From Microbotryum violaceum (lineage: Eukaryota): a stretch of DNA of 64,000 bases. The notes under the pieces were generated by a model, which made no database searches, was not told the origin of the DNA, and worked only from the letters and a program-made list of their open reading frames with translations. Where the stretch lies: contig CDLV01000004.1 of NCBI GenBank assembly GCA_001244265.2, forward strand, positions 3,286,001 through 3,350,000. Direction: 5' to 3'. The position numbers were made by a program, and so were the translations under genes. Shown one piece after another: positions 11,857 to 24,797 of the stretch (positions within the stretch are counted from its first letter, which is position 1; each line of letters starts with the position of its first letter).

Positions 11857-14800
11857 TGTCAGAGTGCATATTGCTGTTTCATCCCACTTCTATTACCGAT
11901 CATGATTAGTTACTCATTGTTGATATTAGTCGCCTCGCGCGGCTATTGCTTGCCTCGCGCGCTCCTATTCTGCGCTTCTCTTCTTTCTCGAACTGTCTTT
12001 ACTATCATCCTCGGCTCTCGCACTAAACGTATCTCGTGCCTCGGCTTTAGGTTCTAATAGGTTATGAGCCCAACGAGAGCCAACCTGCTCGGGGCGACTC
12101 CGACGATATCGGTGGCATGGCATCCACGCCTCCTCCTCCACCATCGTCATCAACGTCGAACCAGCCCTTCGATGTCGCCCTCGCCACCGTCGTCACGCTC
12201 ACCAAGGAGCAATACGACGCTCTCGTAAAGAACCAACGCCCCGCACAAGCGCAGGAAGACGACGCAATCTCCATGCGTCACCTTCTCCCCGCCGTCAACC
12301 CTCCCGCCTTCCCCGATGACTCGAAGCTCACCGAGGATAACTACGTTGACTGGGACCTCGCAATGTCGACTACCTACGCTCGCGAGGTCTGCGCCTATCT
12401 TCGCAAGGGCCAGCACGACCCTTCTTGGCCACCCGCCTTCCACACGCGCTGGGAGGATTACGCGGCCCGAGCGCTTGCGTCCTCGCTCACGGTCACGACC
12501 AAGGCCACCATCGGGCCCGGGCCACTCATTCAAACGGGTGGCTCGGCGCACGACTGCTGGCTCGCGCTCGCCGCACGCTACGCGCCTAGCGATGCCCAGG
12601 CCTACTCAACGCTGATCAAAGACTACTTCATCCCAGCCCAGACACTTAAAAAACTGGCGGCCTCTGGCCAGGTGGAGGGTTTGGATTGGACCTATAGTGA
12701 CCTTGAGTGTGTAAACTTCACCTGCAACGCGTGCCTCGCATCCAAAGCCCATCGTTTGCCGTTCCCCCCTTCGTCGTTCCACGCCTCGGAGCCGCTAGCA
12801 CTGGTCCACTCGGATGTCTTGTCCTTTCCAGAGGAGTCGTTCAGCCACAAATGGTACCTCGTCACATTCGTCGACGACTTCTCGAGGAAAACTTGGGTCT
12901 ACCCCATTGGGCACAAGAGCGAGGTCCTTCCGACGTTTAAGGACTGACTTATGGAGATCGAAAACGAGACAGGTCGCAGGGTCAAAACGCTCCGCTCAGA
13001 CAACGGGGGGAATAGGTCTCTACCGCCTTCAATGGTTTTTGCGTGGCTCGTGGGATCCGTCGCAAATTGACCATACCGTACACGCCCGAGCAAAATGGTC
13101 GAGCCAAGCGGCTCAACCGATCTATCGCGGAGGGCACCCTGGCTTTACTGATCGACTCAGGACTCCCACGTACATGCTGGGACAAGGCTGCCATGTGTTA
13201 CATCCACACCAAGAACCTTTCGCCTCATGCGGCTCTCAAGGGAGGAGTACCAAATTGTCGCTGGTCAGGCGCCCCCCCCCCCCCCCCCCCCCCCCGACCG
13301 TGGGAGCGCTTCGAGCATTTGGTTGTCACGCCTGGGCCACCGTGCTGGCTCATCGTCGGGACAAACTCGACCCAAAAGGGATTCCGCTGGTCTTTGTGGG
13401 TTGCGATCGACACGCAAAAGCCTGGCGCCTTCTTGATCCCTCCTCAATGCGCGTGAGTTTGAGCCGGAATGTGACGTTCCTCGAAACCGAGTTCCCCTTT
13501 GTTGCCATTCCCGCCCGCGTCACACCGCCTTCCGTTCCGGGTTTCTATCCCCATCCTCCACCTGCTGACGCTCCGGCAACGCCGTTACCTCCCGTGCTTG
13601 TCGAACCCACCCAGCCGCCTTCGCTTGCCGACGATGCGACTTCTTTGATCCACCTGCCGCAGCGTCCTCCGGAACCAGCACCACCGGAACCAACTCCACT
13701 CGCCAAAGTCAAGCCCACTTGGGAGTACGGCGATGTTGCCAAGGTTGGTCCCGATCCAGGGAAGTACGGTGAAATCAATGCTCGGAACATCATCGCTGGC
13801 CCCCGGACTCGCCGCCAACTCGTTCCCACCCTCATCACGCGGGAAGACCTTGTTGGCGGACCTGATGGACCCACTCCCGCCTTCCAGGGCATGCTCCGTG
13901 CCTTTGCGTCCACCAAAGCCGGCTTTGCAGAGCACGACTTATCCATTGTCCGAGATCCAGCCAATTGGGGCGATGTCATCCGATCGGGACAACAGGACAC
14001 GTGGGGTGGCCCGGCACACGATGAATTCAATTCACTTCTCAACAAATACAAGGTGTTTGAAGTCATTGACTCCTGTGAGCTCCCGCGGGTGAGATCCTCT
14101 TACGGTCGGGCTGGGTGTTCCGAACTAAACACAACCAGCACGGGGACATCATCGATCGCAAGGCTCGTCTCGTTGCCCACGGTTGTGCCCAATGCCCTGG
14201 CATCGACTTCGAGCAGAACTATGCCCCCGTCGTCAAGTTCACGTCCATTCGGGCTCTCATTGCCCTCGCCGCGGCCAACGGCTACCATGTCCATCAAGCC
14301 GACGTCAACAAGGTGTACCTCCACGGCAAACTTGACAAGCCTCTCTACATGCGCGTTCCACAAGGCATCGACATGCCTGGCAAGATCCTCAGGCTGTCCA
14401 AATCCATCTAAGGACTTCGCCAAGTGGGCACCATCTGGAACGCGGAGATTGACTCGACTTTGCGCTCCCTCGGATACGTGCCCACCCGATCGGACATCTG
14501 CATCAACCGCCGCAAACACGACGGGCACTCTCATTACATCGCCTTGTACGTTGACGACTTGCTGTTGGTTGGGCCCTCTACCGCCGAGATCGACAGGGTT
14601 CTCGACGTGTTGGAACTCGCATATGGTATCAAACGTCTCAGGCCTGCCGAATACATCCTCGGCATCCAAGTCAAACGCGGGCACAACGGGTCCATCACAC
14701 TTTCCCAAGAGCGCTACCTTCGAGATATCTTGGCCAGGTTCCAATTCGCCGATGCCAAGCCGGCAGGCGTCCCCATGCAACCCGGTGTCGTCCTCAATTT

Positions 14801-15717
14801 TGAGAACTCGTCTGCTACCCCTGAGGATCGCACTCGCTACTTGCAGGCCATTGGTTCGTTGATGTACACCACGGTTGGCACTCGTCCGGACCTCGCTTTC
14901 GTGGTCAGCTACCTCGCGCGCTTCTCGCAGCAACCCGGCCCAGAGCATTGGACAGCCATCAAGCACGTCCTCCGCTACATCAAAGGCACGCTGGACTTGG
15001 GGCTCACCTACCGCAAGACCAACCAACCGCTCCATGGCTACTCGGATGCAAACTGGGGAGCCTGCCTGACAACCTCGCGATCAACCATGGGCTATGCATT
15101 CATCTTGTCCGGAGCCGCCATTGCTTGGTGTTCCAAACGGGAGCACAGGGTCGCCAAGTCTACTACCGACGCGGAATACCTCGCTCTTTTGTACGCTAGC
15201 GGGGACGCCATTCACCTGAGCGAACTCCTGAGCAAACTCGGCGCTCCGGTTCCCGGTCCAGTCATGCTCTATGGTGACAACCAAGGTTTGCTTGCTCTGG
15301 CACAACACCCGACCAACCATCAGGGATCTCGTCACGTTCGCATCTCGGAACACTACGTCCGCGAGAGGGTTGCTGAGAAAGAGATCGAGGTCCGCTACAT
15401 CGCCACTGGCAACATGTTTGCCGACATCTTCACCAAGGCCTTGGGTCCCAAGCCGTTCATCTTCCATCGGAAAAATTGGGCTTACGAGGCGCAGTGTTAT
15501 GACAGCACGGGGGGTGTCAGAGTGTATATTGCTGTTTCATCCCACTTCTATTACCGATCATGATTAGTTACTAGTTGTTGATATTAGTCGCCTCGCGCGG
15601 CTATTGCTTGCCTCATGCGCTCCTATTCTGCGCTTCTCTTCTTTCTCGAACTGTCTTTACTATCATCCTCGGCTCTCGCACTAAATGTATCTCGTGCCTC
15701 GGCTTTAGGTTCTAATA
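11857..15717 (+). mobile_element. Ty1/Copia LTR retrotransposon, internally deleted and defective
   Basis: 203-bp LTRs at 11857-12059 and 15515-15717 (TG...TA). TSD CCAAA at 11852-11856 and 15718-15722. PBS GGTTATGAGCCC at 12060, G-rich PPT before the 3' LTR. Confidence 0.95.
12117..15490 (+). pseudogene. Copia gag-integrase-RT-RNaseH, disrupted; protease region missing
   Basis: [54 protein letters not shown] and ADIFTK motifs, with stops and frameshifts. Gag jumps to the pre-integrase region at ~12625. Confidence 0.9.
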
Positions 15718-16600
15718 CCAAAGCCATACCCAAAATACCCCCGTTTTTTGCTATGTCGGAAATGTTGCCTCTCCCGTGCTTCTTCGCGAGCGGAGTCGCG
15801 ATTGTCTTGTTGATTTGGTCCGGTGTGGCGGAAGGGAGCTGTTGGAGCGTTGCGACATCGGTAACTAGTTCCATTGGAATTGGAAGCGGTGGTGAGCCCA
15901 ACACGATCGCGGTGTTCGTTTTGAGATCTCGAGCTCGAGGCGGCGGGCAGACTTACGTTTTGCCCTCTTCTTTGCAACGGAAGATCCTGCTCCCGTTGCT
16001 CCCGATGGGCGCTTCGAGCGAGATGGCTGCGTGTGGGCATATACCATGCGCGGGACATCGAATGGCAGCAGAGTCAGGAGAAAAGCGAGGAATCAGTTGC
16101 CCGGCCGCAAAGCCACTCACGTTGCTGCTCGTCGTTGCCAATTCACTCTTGACCTCACCACGGGTTTCCTTCTTGTTGTAATACCCCAGGCCCTTCACGA
16201 CTAGGTTACATGGTCCAAAAGACTGACGATTTCAATAGATGCATATTGAAATCAGAAGGGTAGTTAAATAGTGTAAGGCAACCAAGCCTTACACACGGCC
16301 CCGACGGCTCAACAGCCAGCACTCGAGATTCAGCCAAGGGAGGACATCAGGCGCTGTCGGGGTGACGAGTAGCTGGGGCTTGGCTGCGGCCTGTTAGTCC
16401 CTGGGGACCTCTACCTCCGGCTTTGACCCCCTCCCTTGGCCCCTCGGGTGTGTTCCCCTCCTCTCTGTCTTAGTATTCCTGGTTCTCCGTATCCCCAGGC
16501 ATGACTTTCTGTATATTCTCCCCCTTCTTTCTCTAGGCGCTCTTGCCTCGTTTTTGAGTATCTTTGCTCCCGCTCTTGGGACGTGAAGTGGCAGCAGTAC

Positions 16601-17300
16601 TCACCGCCCGTTGGAGTCCGCGTTAAGTGCTCGGCGGGCTTTGATCTGCGCAGGGCTCTTTGCGCGCAGGGGTTTGACTTTCGCCCAACTGCTTGCCGTC
16701 GTTGCTTTATAACATCCCTTAGCTCTTTTTGTAGCGGTCCCAGCCAACCCGAAGGATTGCAATTTATGAGCCCCAGTCAAAAAAAAAAAATTGTGTTCGT
16801 CCAGCGCCTGCTTGACCGTCTTCATCAATTCCTGCACCGTCGGCACCATTGCTGCCCTGAAAATATAGCCAACCTTGACCTTGGCGAGCGTTTGACCGTC
16901 GTCGCCATTCCTTGGCGTAGCCTTGCCCTTGCGACGTACGTGTGCAAACTCGTCCCGCGCAATGGCCGCAATACAGTTCCAGAGTCGGGTGACGACGTCC
17001 CGAATGGACCAGTTGGGTCAGTTGGCAAGGTATTCTTGGGTTTCAGCAAGCTCAGTGAGTCCCAACTTGCAGTGCCCAAACTGGGCACCCCATTGTCGAG
17101 GTCGTCTCGATTGAGCCCATTTGTCTCAGCGCTCAGTTGCAACTTAGCAAGATCCTGTGCGAATTTCTCGATGTGGGGATGAACATGTTTTTGAGTTGAC
17201 AAAAACGTTTTGTCGTATCGGCAAAGCTCGGTTGCACTATTGAGCAAACGTTGGAGATCGCGACTTAGGTCGTCGGCACCCGTATCACCAAGCCAGCAAA
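16601..17300 (-). pseudogene. Degenerate unknown ORF inside the CACTA-like element
   Basis: Adjacent minus-strand ORFs of 140 and 82 aa with no recognised domain. Confidence 0.3.
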
Positions 17301-17899
17301 GTTGGGCTGGTTATTAGAAGTCTGGATCCCGACTCAAGGGGTTGAGTACGAGCACAAGATTGAGGATGGAAGATGGATGAAGAAGGAAGAGAGATGAGTG
17401 CCCGCAAGGCGCGCGACTTCAACCCAAGCCAACGTGTCAACCGAGTCTCAATCAGGCACTGGGATCCGGCGTAGTGGGAATACACTAAAGAGGGAGTGCA
17501 AAGTAGAAGTGAAATAGTGGCATGAGAAGTAAATAGGATTGGAAGAGAATCAGAGATATGATTGGGTTCTGACACTGGTGTCATGCGTGGTGTCCGTCAG
17601 TGTGTATAATCGGAGTGAGAAGTGAACGTACTGGGGACAGCGGGTGCTACGAGCAGTGTGCAACATGCAAAGTCAGCTCCGAGACAATTTTATGTTGTGC
17701 TATCGGGCACTGGGTTTTGCTTACCATTCAGCAGGGTCGGGTACATTTGCTCCGCCAAGTGCATCTTTGAGGGGTTTCAAAATCAGAAGAAACTCAGCCC
17801 GCCGGCCATGCGTGCAGAGAACCGCGGAAGCGCTCGGCTCACAGTCTTGCTGTATTCATCGTCGTCATCGTCGTAGTTGGTTCCAGCTTGTTCCTTCTC

Positions 17900-18860
17900 T
17901 TATTCGCACATTTCAGCCTCTTTCGGATCAAAGCGCAGCTGTTGGACCGGCGTACAAGCATCAGTATCAGCAGCCCGGAAAACAAAGACCAACCTTACCT
18001 GCTCCCCTTGACTTGAGCGGGCCTCTCCATTTCGCCCTCCGCTGTTGTTCTCCTTCGGCTTTACCCTTCTGGTGAAGGGGATTCGCTTGCCGTGGATTTT
18101 GAAGCCGGGGTTGATCTCAAGGAATGCAACCAGCTTCGGGCGGTACTGCGCTTGCAGGTTCTCTAGGATGTCGCCAAGCCAGACATGCGCCTTGTACGAC
18201 GCTGAGCAGAGACGAAGTAGCGGACCGACCGTTTTGACCCCTTCTAGAATCTTGATGGCGGGCGCGAAGAGTGAGTTATGATATTCTCTTTGGAGTTTGT
18301 CGAGGAACAGAGTTCGACAGTTGACGCTGTCGTGTGACCACGACGATCGGATGAGTCGAGCCACGAGTTTTTTCCCTTGATCGACGTCGCGAGTGTACGA
18401 GACTCTATCTTTGAACTTGAGGTCCAACACCATTTTTCCCGATTGGGTTCGGAGGACGAAAGGAAGACGGAGCTTGGGGGTTTGGGCCTTTTCCTTCCCA
18501 CTGGAAGTCGGATCAAGCAGCTGAGCCCTCTTCAGAGCCGCGACGGCCTCCTGGCGCGTCCAGAGAACCAAGGGGTCTGCCTCGACAGGCTGTTGAACAG
18601 GCGACAACCAAGTGGTGGCAGAAAAATCCTCTGCTTGGCCTTGAGGATTTGGTCCGCAGCTCGAAGAATCGCGAACCCCTGCTGGGGTTTTGATCGGGAG
18701 CTGCTCGCTGCGTTGTCGGTAAAAGTTGTACAGCTCATCGACTTTAGAGTGGTAGAAGGAGAAGCTCCTCATGCGTCGCCGATAAGAATGATATTCATTC
18801 TATCGATCTTGCCGTTGTCTTGGGTCTCATATCCACTATCCTCGTTGTCGTACATGTTCT
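17900..18860 (-). CDS. Putative accessory (TnpA-like) gene of the CACTA-like element, divergent from the transposase
   Basis: 290-aa ORF head-to-head with the transposase. The 5' end is probably frameshifted. Function is inferred from position only. Confidence 0.4.
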
Positions 18861-19227
18861 TGATGGTGTCAAGTGGGTAATGATGGAGAGCGCGATCGGG
18901 GCCACCTGGGCACTCTGGGCCAAACCGCGGGCTTTAAAGCGGTGTAGGCCATTTTAGTGAGTTCTAGGAGAGGCTCGGTGTCAACTGCCGGTCGCTTAGC
19001 GCTTAACCGTCACCGTCGCCACCGGCTCAGGAGGTGGTTTAACACCGGTTACACCGGTTATAGTACAGTTTTAGGGTGGCTGGGAAAGGAGCAAGCAAGC
19101 AGGCCTCACCGGCCGAGTTGATCAATCGGGCGCTGCAAGGGCGAGAAGGCGCAATAGTCCGTGACTTGATTTCACCGCCACGCCCCGGCCGGCTCATCTT
19201 CGGTCGCACCACCATCTCGCAAGCTAG

Positions 19228-22200
19228 ATGCTGCCAAGTTCCCCAGTGAGTATAACGAGCTGTGACATCTATTCGAAGTTTCTGACATTCTGGTCACTGT
19301 TTTGTCGTATCCCTCAGATCTCAGGCGGTGGCTCGACACGATTTCGCTGTCGCTGCTTCCTCCACGCCTGTGACTGGAACAGCGGCGGTCATGGCGTCGC
19401 AAGATCAACGATTCGCAACCACCGCAACGAAGACGCCGAGTACTACGAGAGCTTGCTCAAGCAAAGTGCACGCGTACCCCATGAGCTCGAGCAGGCCATC
19501 GCATGGTCGCAAACCCGACCCAAGCTGATCGAGCCGTTGAAGACTCGATTGGGCCAGCCCGATCCGAACGCGGCGCAGAACGTCAAAGCAATTCCAGCAA
19601 GTGCCGTGTCTACCTCCGAGCTGGATCACCGTGATGCTCAGTCAAACTGCGACAACGTCGTGCTCCCCGGCGGTGGCTTTGATTTTGCGTATGAGCTCGA
19701 ATTTGGCGGCGGGGAGGAGCACTTCGAGCAAGAGCCGCCACTGCCCAACAAAGTGGAGCCGATCGACGACGACGATCTCATCTGTTCCGAAGCAATGATC
19801 AACGTGGGCTCAACAGTTCGCAACGAGGTTTTCTCCGGATCAAGAGCCCAAGAAGGAAGCATTGATAGCGAAGACGGGGCCAGCACGGCCACCGAGGACG
19901 AATGTAAGGACATGGTCAGGGGCACGTCGCGCTGCGCATGGCTTGAGGAGTTCCTGCAGGGCGATGGCAGTAATTCGGACGGGGAGGAGGAGGAGGAGGC
20001 TCCAGATGAAGGAGACGACGATGACTTCGAGACCCCGGATGATGAAGAGGACAAGCTCGATCTCGGCGCGATCGATCCACAAGTGATGCGCTCGCTCGCG
20101 CCAGTGTCGACCTCGTACAAACCTCCTCCGCAGCCACCCTCTGGTCCACCTACTCCTCGAATCAGACTATCGGACCTTAGTCCTGAACAGATGCTGTCGC
20201 TACGATGCTTCATCCGCGCACTGGACAGCGACATGTTCGATAAGCAGTACCTTCATCTAATTCAAGAAGCAAGTGTGCAAAAAGGTGTGGATCCTCGGCA
20301 ATGTATGTCGATGCGGGAGATGGCGGAGTTTGTCCAGACAGCATCACAGCTCGAAGCCGAATGGTCCGACATCTGTATCGAGGGACACGTGGCATTCGTC
20401 GGCCCCCACGCTGACCAAGAGGTGTGTGGAACTTTGCACAAACGCGTGGACACCGACCCCGAGACGAAGAAGAAGACGATCACGGAACGATGCACCGAAC
20501 CGAGATACAAGACAATCAGGACTCGCCGCGGCAATCTCCAACAAAGACCTCGAAAGCAGGCAGTCTTCCTGGACCCGGTCCCAAGGATCAAGGCCATGTA
20601 TGGCTGCCAGCAGCAGGCCAAAATACTTCGCTTGCTGCACGAGGAGATGACGCGGGTCATCAGTCTTCGCAAGGCTCGAGGCGATCCGCACGCCGGCGGC
20701 TACAGCAACGTCTCGTCTGGTCAAGCTCTGGCACGTGCATTTGAGGCAGGCGTCTTCAATGACGAACGAAACGGATTCTTTGGTCTGTTGACCGACGTTG
20801 CGCTGGTGAAGGAGAACAGAGAGGGTTCGTTCTGGATATGGACGGCCACTCTGTACAATGTCCCAATCAAGTCCGGTCAATATCGCCGCAACAATACCTA
20901 CGTCCTCGTCATTGCCCCATGTGCGACAATAACGACGGACTTTGACAGCTTTGCGTTCATCATCTTGAAGCCGTTCGAGGAAGCGGCAAGGGGGATTTGG
21001 ATTTTTGATTCCGTTGATCACACCTGGTTCCTATGGCGAGGCTACATCCTCTTCTTCTTAGCTGATCTTATGGGACAAGCTAAGCAGTCGGGCTTTGCGA
21101 TGAGCGGCGGTACCTTCCCATGCGATAACTGCGAGATGCCGTTGGCGACCAAACCCAACGGCGCTGGCCACTACATGGTCGAAGACGGCCAAGCAACATT
21201 CAGAGGAGATCGCTGCGTGGGCAGGAAGAAAGCCGCAGAAAAGGACACCGGCAAAGATGATGGCGGCGACAACAGTGACGGGGACGGCGACGACAACGAC
21301 GGGGATGGAGACGGCCACGAGCGACCTTGAGCAAGGCGAAAGGCTGTGCCCCCCTTGACCGCGCGCAAACAAGTCAATGCCCATCGAGCGATCAGGGGCT
21401 ACTACCCGTACAACGGTGCTCCCCGTCCCAGGCCCAGAACCCTGGCGCAATATAAGGCACAAATTTCGAAAGCTTTCAATCCGATGCTCAGCGAACGAGC
21501 AAGCAAGAAGGTGCGCACACAATTCGGCATCTCAGTGATTCCACTCGCCGCCAAATTGACACTGTTCGATGTGCCCGGGTCCTTCCCAATCAACATTGCA
21601 CACCTGCTGGGGAACAACATTCCCGCTCTACTGTGGAAGTCACCTGTCTGCTGGAAATCCGTAAAAGATGGCACTCGCATCCTCTCCACTGCTGCGGCTT
21701 TGCTTGAAGGTGCCCAGGTGCCGACGCCAAGCGCATTTGGAGCCTACCTGCGAAACCCTCAAGATAAGGCCAACACGTGCTACAAGATTCACGAGTGGTT
21801 TCAATTTGAGTTGAATGGATCCATCGCCGTCCTCCGAGACGCCAGCATGCCCGACAAGTACGTCGCACACTGGGCTGACTTCGTCAGGCTTGTCAGGCTT
21901 GTGCTCGACCGCAGCCCCGCCAGCATTGAACACATCCAAAACATCAACGAGCTCGCCGACCGGTTCGTACAAGAGCAAGAGCGTCTGTATGTCGGATTCA
22001 GCGGGGACCGGGTCGAAGCGATGCCCTTGGCCATTCACAAACTTCACCACCTCGGGGAATGGATCAAGCGGGTCGGTAACCTCAGCCTTGTGTCGCAGTT
22101 GCAGCTCGAGCGAGTCATTGGCTACTGCAAGAAGGATGCGACTTCTAACGTGAGCCCGTGCATGAGCTTGATGAAGAAGGCAAGTCCCCAGAGCAGCGGG

Positions 22201-22956
22201 GAAGTGCTCGGGATGCCTGCGGCTGACCGTGACTGGGTGTTTGCCTTTGACACCGCTTCACAGACCATCGTACGCAAACAGCAGAAGTGCTGGGCGGACA
22301 ACGATCCCGAGTTCGCCGCACTCGTGCTAGCGCTTTTGCCCGAACCGTCGCTGCCTGAGCCAGGACGGGTCTTGACGCTCTTCTCGCCGGTCGAGACTTG
22401 AGCCAGCAAGGACTGGCACCGAGAGTGCGAAGCTTGGACAAAGGCGTTTGGGGACGGCAAAATAAGAGGGTTGGTCGGAAGCATCAAAGACAAAGTTGTT
22501 TACTGGGATCACTACGGTCGTGCCACGCTCAGTAATGCCAAGCGAAACTACTTGTCAACAACGAGGCACGAAGGTGAAGACAACAACGACCGGCGGCAGG
22601 CGTCTCGCTTTGTGACGACATTGTTCGATTTGATGGGAGCTCAAACTTGTAAAGCGATGTACACAATTGGTCGAGCCATGGCGATTGTACGGGTGCCACC
22701 CCATGTCGAACTCAAGCAACTCAAGCTTGGGCGTTTGCGTCTTGCCGTCATCGCCAAACTATACCCGCCGGCACGACTGTTGTACAAGTCGATGCTGTTC
22801 ATTCGCACGGAGCCCACGACACCAGCCGTGATTCCGATCGAGGCCATGAACAAGCTAGTCGGTGCGTACTACTTGACCAAGGACCCACACATGTATGTGT
22901 TTGAGGACATATTTGATAATGACGGATCCACCATGGTGAGGGTTTTTGAGTGCTAG
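19228..22956 (+). pseudogene. CACTA/EnSpm Tnp2 (Transposase_21/DUF4218-like) transposase, one frame with two nonsense codons
   Basis: DICIEGHVAFVG..C..EPRYK..PRKQAVFLDPVPRIKAMY, FGLLTD, LYNVP, FLADLMG..PCDNC, NIAHLLGNN and HKLHHLGEWIKRVGNL..LERVIG motifs. ORFs 19228, 21346 and 22471 share a frame, broken by TGA at 21328 and 22399. Confidence 0.88.
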
Positions 22957-23303
22957 TTCTTAAATATGTTTAGATATAATTATTATGATGATAGAAAAGT
23001 ATCTATTCATCATGTATGAGGTGATGTAGAAAGCGTTATTAGAAAAAGTTATTATTCTGCAAAAGTAGATTTGAGCATCAGATTGGACACGCCCCCCATC
23101 CCCGATCCCACATCTATGTCCATCATCCATTCCACATCCTGTACCACTCACTTTGAGTTGAGAATATTGAGCATAGCGCTGGGTGGAGGCAAAGAGAGCA
23201 AGGTGCTAGTCGTCTGAATTGTGCTCAACTCTGGCTCGCCTCGGGCGCATGTCTGTTCAGCTTTAGCGGTGCTAAGAATCACTATACAAGCGGATTTTGG
23301 AGT

Positions 23304-24512
23304 CTCGACCACGGTGGCTTCGGTTTGATCGACTTACCTCGGCGTCTCGCAATCGATCACGCCAAGCGGGTCTTTCATCTTCGGGACCCGGACAGCTGCT
23401 TCATTCGGCACCTCTTCGACATCCGCACTCGCCTTCAGGCGGCGAACGAACGCACCCCCTTTACCTTGCCCGAATCGGGCCCCAACCCACATCGTCGCTC
23501 GTGGGTCTGGATCTGGTGGGCCTACTTTTTCCACCCTCCTCCACAATGGGAACGCGCGGTGAGGAAGACAAAGGCGCTGCTCCCTCCACAATGGATCCGC
23601 TACTTCGAAGCCTGGGATATGGTGACAACGCTCAACCCCCCCCCCCCCCCCCCCCCCCGAGCTTTCCAAGAGCCCAAATCTCGAGCGATGGGCAACACAC
23701 ATCCTCTACTTCCCAGCAGGCCACGGAATCCAACTCTCGGTGAACCCGACGCTTTTCCGAGGACCCGATGGCGAGGTGATGACTCCGTATTCGTGTGAAC
23801 GCGTCCAAACGCCACCAAGCCTTCCTCTATCCTCCTATCCTCCCTGTCGGTCATCAGAGGGTTTTCTGTCTCCCCGAGCAATGCTGGAATACCTGGTGAA
23901 AGGCGCTACGCAAGGTTCGCAGGGTTCATTCGGACGCCGAAGACACGGCCCACCTCCTCTCCCTGCGGCCACTTCATCCAGGTAGCCAACTCGCTTCTCC
24001 AAACAGCCCTTTTCTCCACAATAGATCTACCGCGTGTGTCATGTGCCTGTCGAAGGCTCCGGAGACCCTGGCACACCTAGCGGTTGGTTGCCCGTTTGCC
24101 CGCCGCCTCTGGTCTGCGCTCACTCCTATCCCACACCCCGACTTTGTTCAGTTCGTGTGCCCGGTCGTTTCTCGCTCGGAACGCCGAGTCTTCGAGCTGT
24201 GTCTACTCTTCTTCTACGCGATCTGGAAGCTCTCTTGTCACCGCTGATTTTCGTCGGATCCTCTGAAGCCGATCGCCGAAACGGCATTCGAGGAGCTCCA
24301 CGCGTCCATCCAGGAGTCCAAGGGACAACTCGTTTCGCTGTAATGACCTAAGGGGGCTCTAGTGGGTATAGTTGATTTTGTTCCAAGGTCAACGAGTCCT
24401 ACACTACTGGCCTAGCCAGTGTGCCTAATTACATTCCCTCCGTCTTTTCCGAGGATTTTTAGGCATTGATATAGATATGCTGTTAAAAAGGAAATCTATG
24501 AGATAAAAAAAA
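23304..24512 (+). mobile_element. 5'-truncated LINE (L1/Tx1-like, family II), 3' end with poly(A)
   Basis: HGGFGLIDL and CVMCL..ETLAHLAVGCPFARRLW motifs; ends in an A-run; near-identical to the reverse complement of 41842-43035. Confidence 0.9.
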
Positions 24513-24712
24513 GTTGAAATCGTGTGGACCACTCTCCGACTTGGGGCTGAAAGCGCCCGACTCCCAATGGCTCGCTAACGAGTTCACAACCGACTAATAG
24601 TCAACTCCCGGCCGACTCCCCGCCGACTACGGTCTCGACTCGCCCCCGACTCGCCCGACAGTTGCCCGATTAAGCACCAACTCGGCGGCAACTCCCGGGA
24701 CCGCTAGCCAAT

Positions 24713-24797
24713 CCCAACTCGCGCCCGACTGAGCGCCAACTCGCGCCCAACTGAGCGCCAACTCGCGCCCGACTGAGCGCCAACTCGCGCCCGACTA
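24713..24797. repeat. 22-bp tandem repeat CCAACTCGCGCCCGACTGAGCG (~3.5 copies), subterminal to the right TIR
   Basis: Direct reading; the unit duplicates the inner part of the TIR. Confidence 0.85.

Larger units (their letters stand above)
11655..15755. mobile_element. ~235-bp foldback MITE (CATAGC...GCTATG) split by the Copia insertion
   Basis: Left arm 11655-~11745 is inverted in 11800-11856 plus 15723-15755. Flanked by TC/TC, a possible 2-bp TSD. Confidence 0.8.
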
